A stretch of 32,000 nt of DNA from Candidatus Methanophagaceae archaeon. GTDB taxonomy: Archaea; Halobacteriota; Syntropharchaeia; Alkanophagales; Methanospirareceae. Shown piece after piece: positions 31,564 through 32,000 of this stretch (position 1 is the first letter of the stretch; each line of letters opens with the position of its first letter). The notes below the pieces were generated by a model that saw only the letters and a program-made list of their open reading frames with translations, was not told where the DNA came from and ran no database searches. Location: assembly GCA_003194425.1 (NCBI GenBank), contig PQXB01000001.1, positions 1,030,444 through 1,062,443 of the forward strand, read 5' to 3'. Position numbers and translations under genes: made by a program.

Positions 31564-32000
31564 ATGCGTCGCAGAATAATCTGGGTAAGACCTCGTAAAG
31601 AGAAAAATATCAGCATTGACCGAGGCAGAATTGCAGAGAAATTAGAGGAAAGGGGAAAATTAGAGGAAAGGGGAAACTATGAAGTTGTGGTTAAAACTGG
31701 AATTGATTTTGGTCTGCTAAAACTACTTCTCTTTGGCAGGTACGATTGTTTGGTTGGCACGACGAGAATTGGTGCAGTTGCTGGACTGCTTGCCAAGATG
31801 CGGGCTAAAAAAGTCTTTATTGACCACGTTGACCCGATCGAGCAGTTTAGAGTAACCGACGGTAGGTTTAAGGCAAGGGTGGTAGAAGGTGTCGAGAATT
31901 TAGCTTTTCGTTTTTCTGACGCTGTCTTTCTTACGAATGAGGAAGATAAGCTAAGAGTAAGCAAAAGAGCGAAAAAAATGATAGTATCAAGATTAGGAAT
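31564..32000 (+). CDS. Partial CDS (N-terminus; runs off window end), GT-B (GT4/group 1-like) glycosyltransferase
   Basis: Hand translation from the ATG at 31564 gives MRRRIIWVRPRKEKNISIDRGRIAEKLEERGKLEERGNYEVVVKTGIDFGLLKLLLFGRYDCLVGTTRIGAVAGLLAKMRAKKVFIDHVDPIEQF..., which stays open to the window end. It is not in the track because it has no stop. A perfect 18-bp x2 duplication lies at 31639-31674. Confidence 0.5.
   Translation, partial: MRRRIIWVRPRKEKNISIDRGRIAEKLEERGKLEERGNYEVVVKTGIDFGLLKLLLFGRYDCLVGTTRIGAVAGLLAKMRAKKVFIDHVDPIEQFRVTDGRFKARVVEGVENLAFRFSDAVFLTNEEDKLRVSKRAKKMIVSRLG

Overview
Archaeal chromosomal core region, read by eye only with no searches run. It is moderately GC-rich with purine-loaded coding strands. 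GGAGGTGA-type Shine-Dalgarno motifs occur inside operons, and TATA-like boxes sit about 25-35 nt upstream of first genes. I call 32 protein-coding genes (2 cut by the window edges) and one tRNA-Val(GAC).

The centre (11093-22857) is a 10-ORF complex-I-like F420H2:quinone/phenazine oxidoreductase (Fqo/Fpo/Nuo) operon in the order J-K-M-L-N-A-BCD-H-I-F. This is the order I recall for Archaeoglobus fqo. Subunits B, C and D are fused in one 828-aa ORF, and subunit I carries an extra 2x[4Fe-4S] domain. Upstream lie putative methanogenesis marker proteins 5 and 15, which points to an MCR-bearing lineage (methanogen, ANME or alkane oxidiser with an Archaeoglobi/ANME-1-like Fqo). I cannot resolve the taxon.

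The other genes are trxB, rnhB, a 4xCBS protein with an HPF/RaiA-like C-terminal domain, gatC, TFE-alpha, an HD hydrolase, an isolated uL24, geranylgeranyl reductase, uS15, eS17, dapA, an orphan AAA+ ATPase, enolase, three glycosyltransferases, and a minus-strand surface cluster (beta-propeller glycoprotein, coiled-coil/zinc-ribbon membrane protein, Yip1). I recognised no transposase, integrase, CRISPR array or defence system.

The most unusual signal is not a gene. More than 25 short, mostly perfect tandem duplications are scattered through almost every gene and junction. They are in-frame (unit divisible by 3) inside conserved proteins. They have arbitrary lengths (14, 17, 19 bp) in intergenic DNA and across stop codons. 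All family assignments rest on remembered motifs and need HMM/BLAST confirmation.
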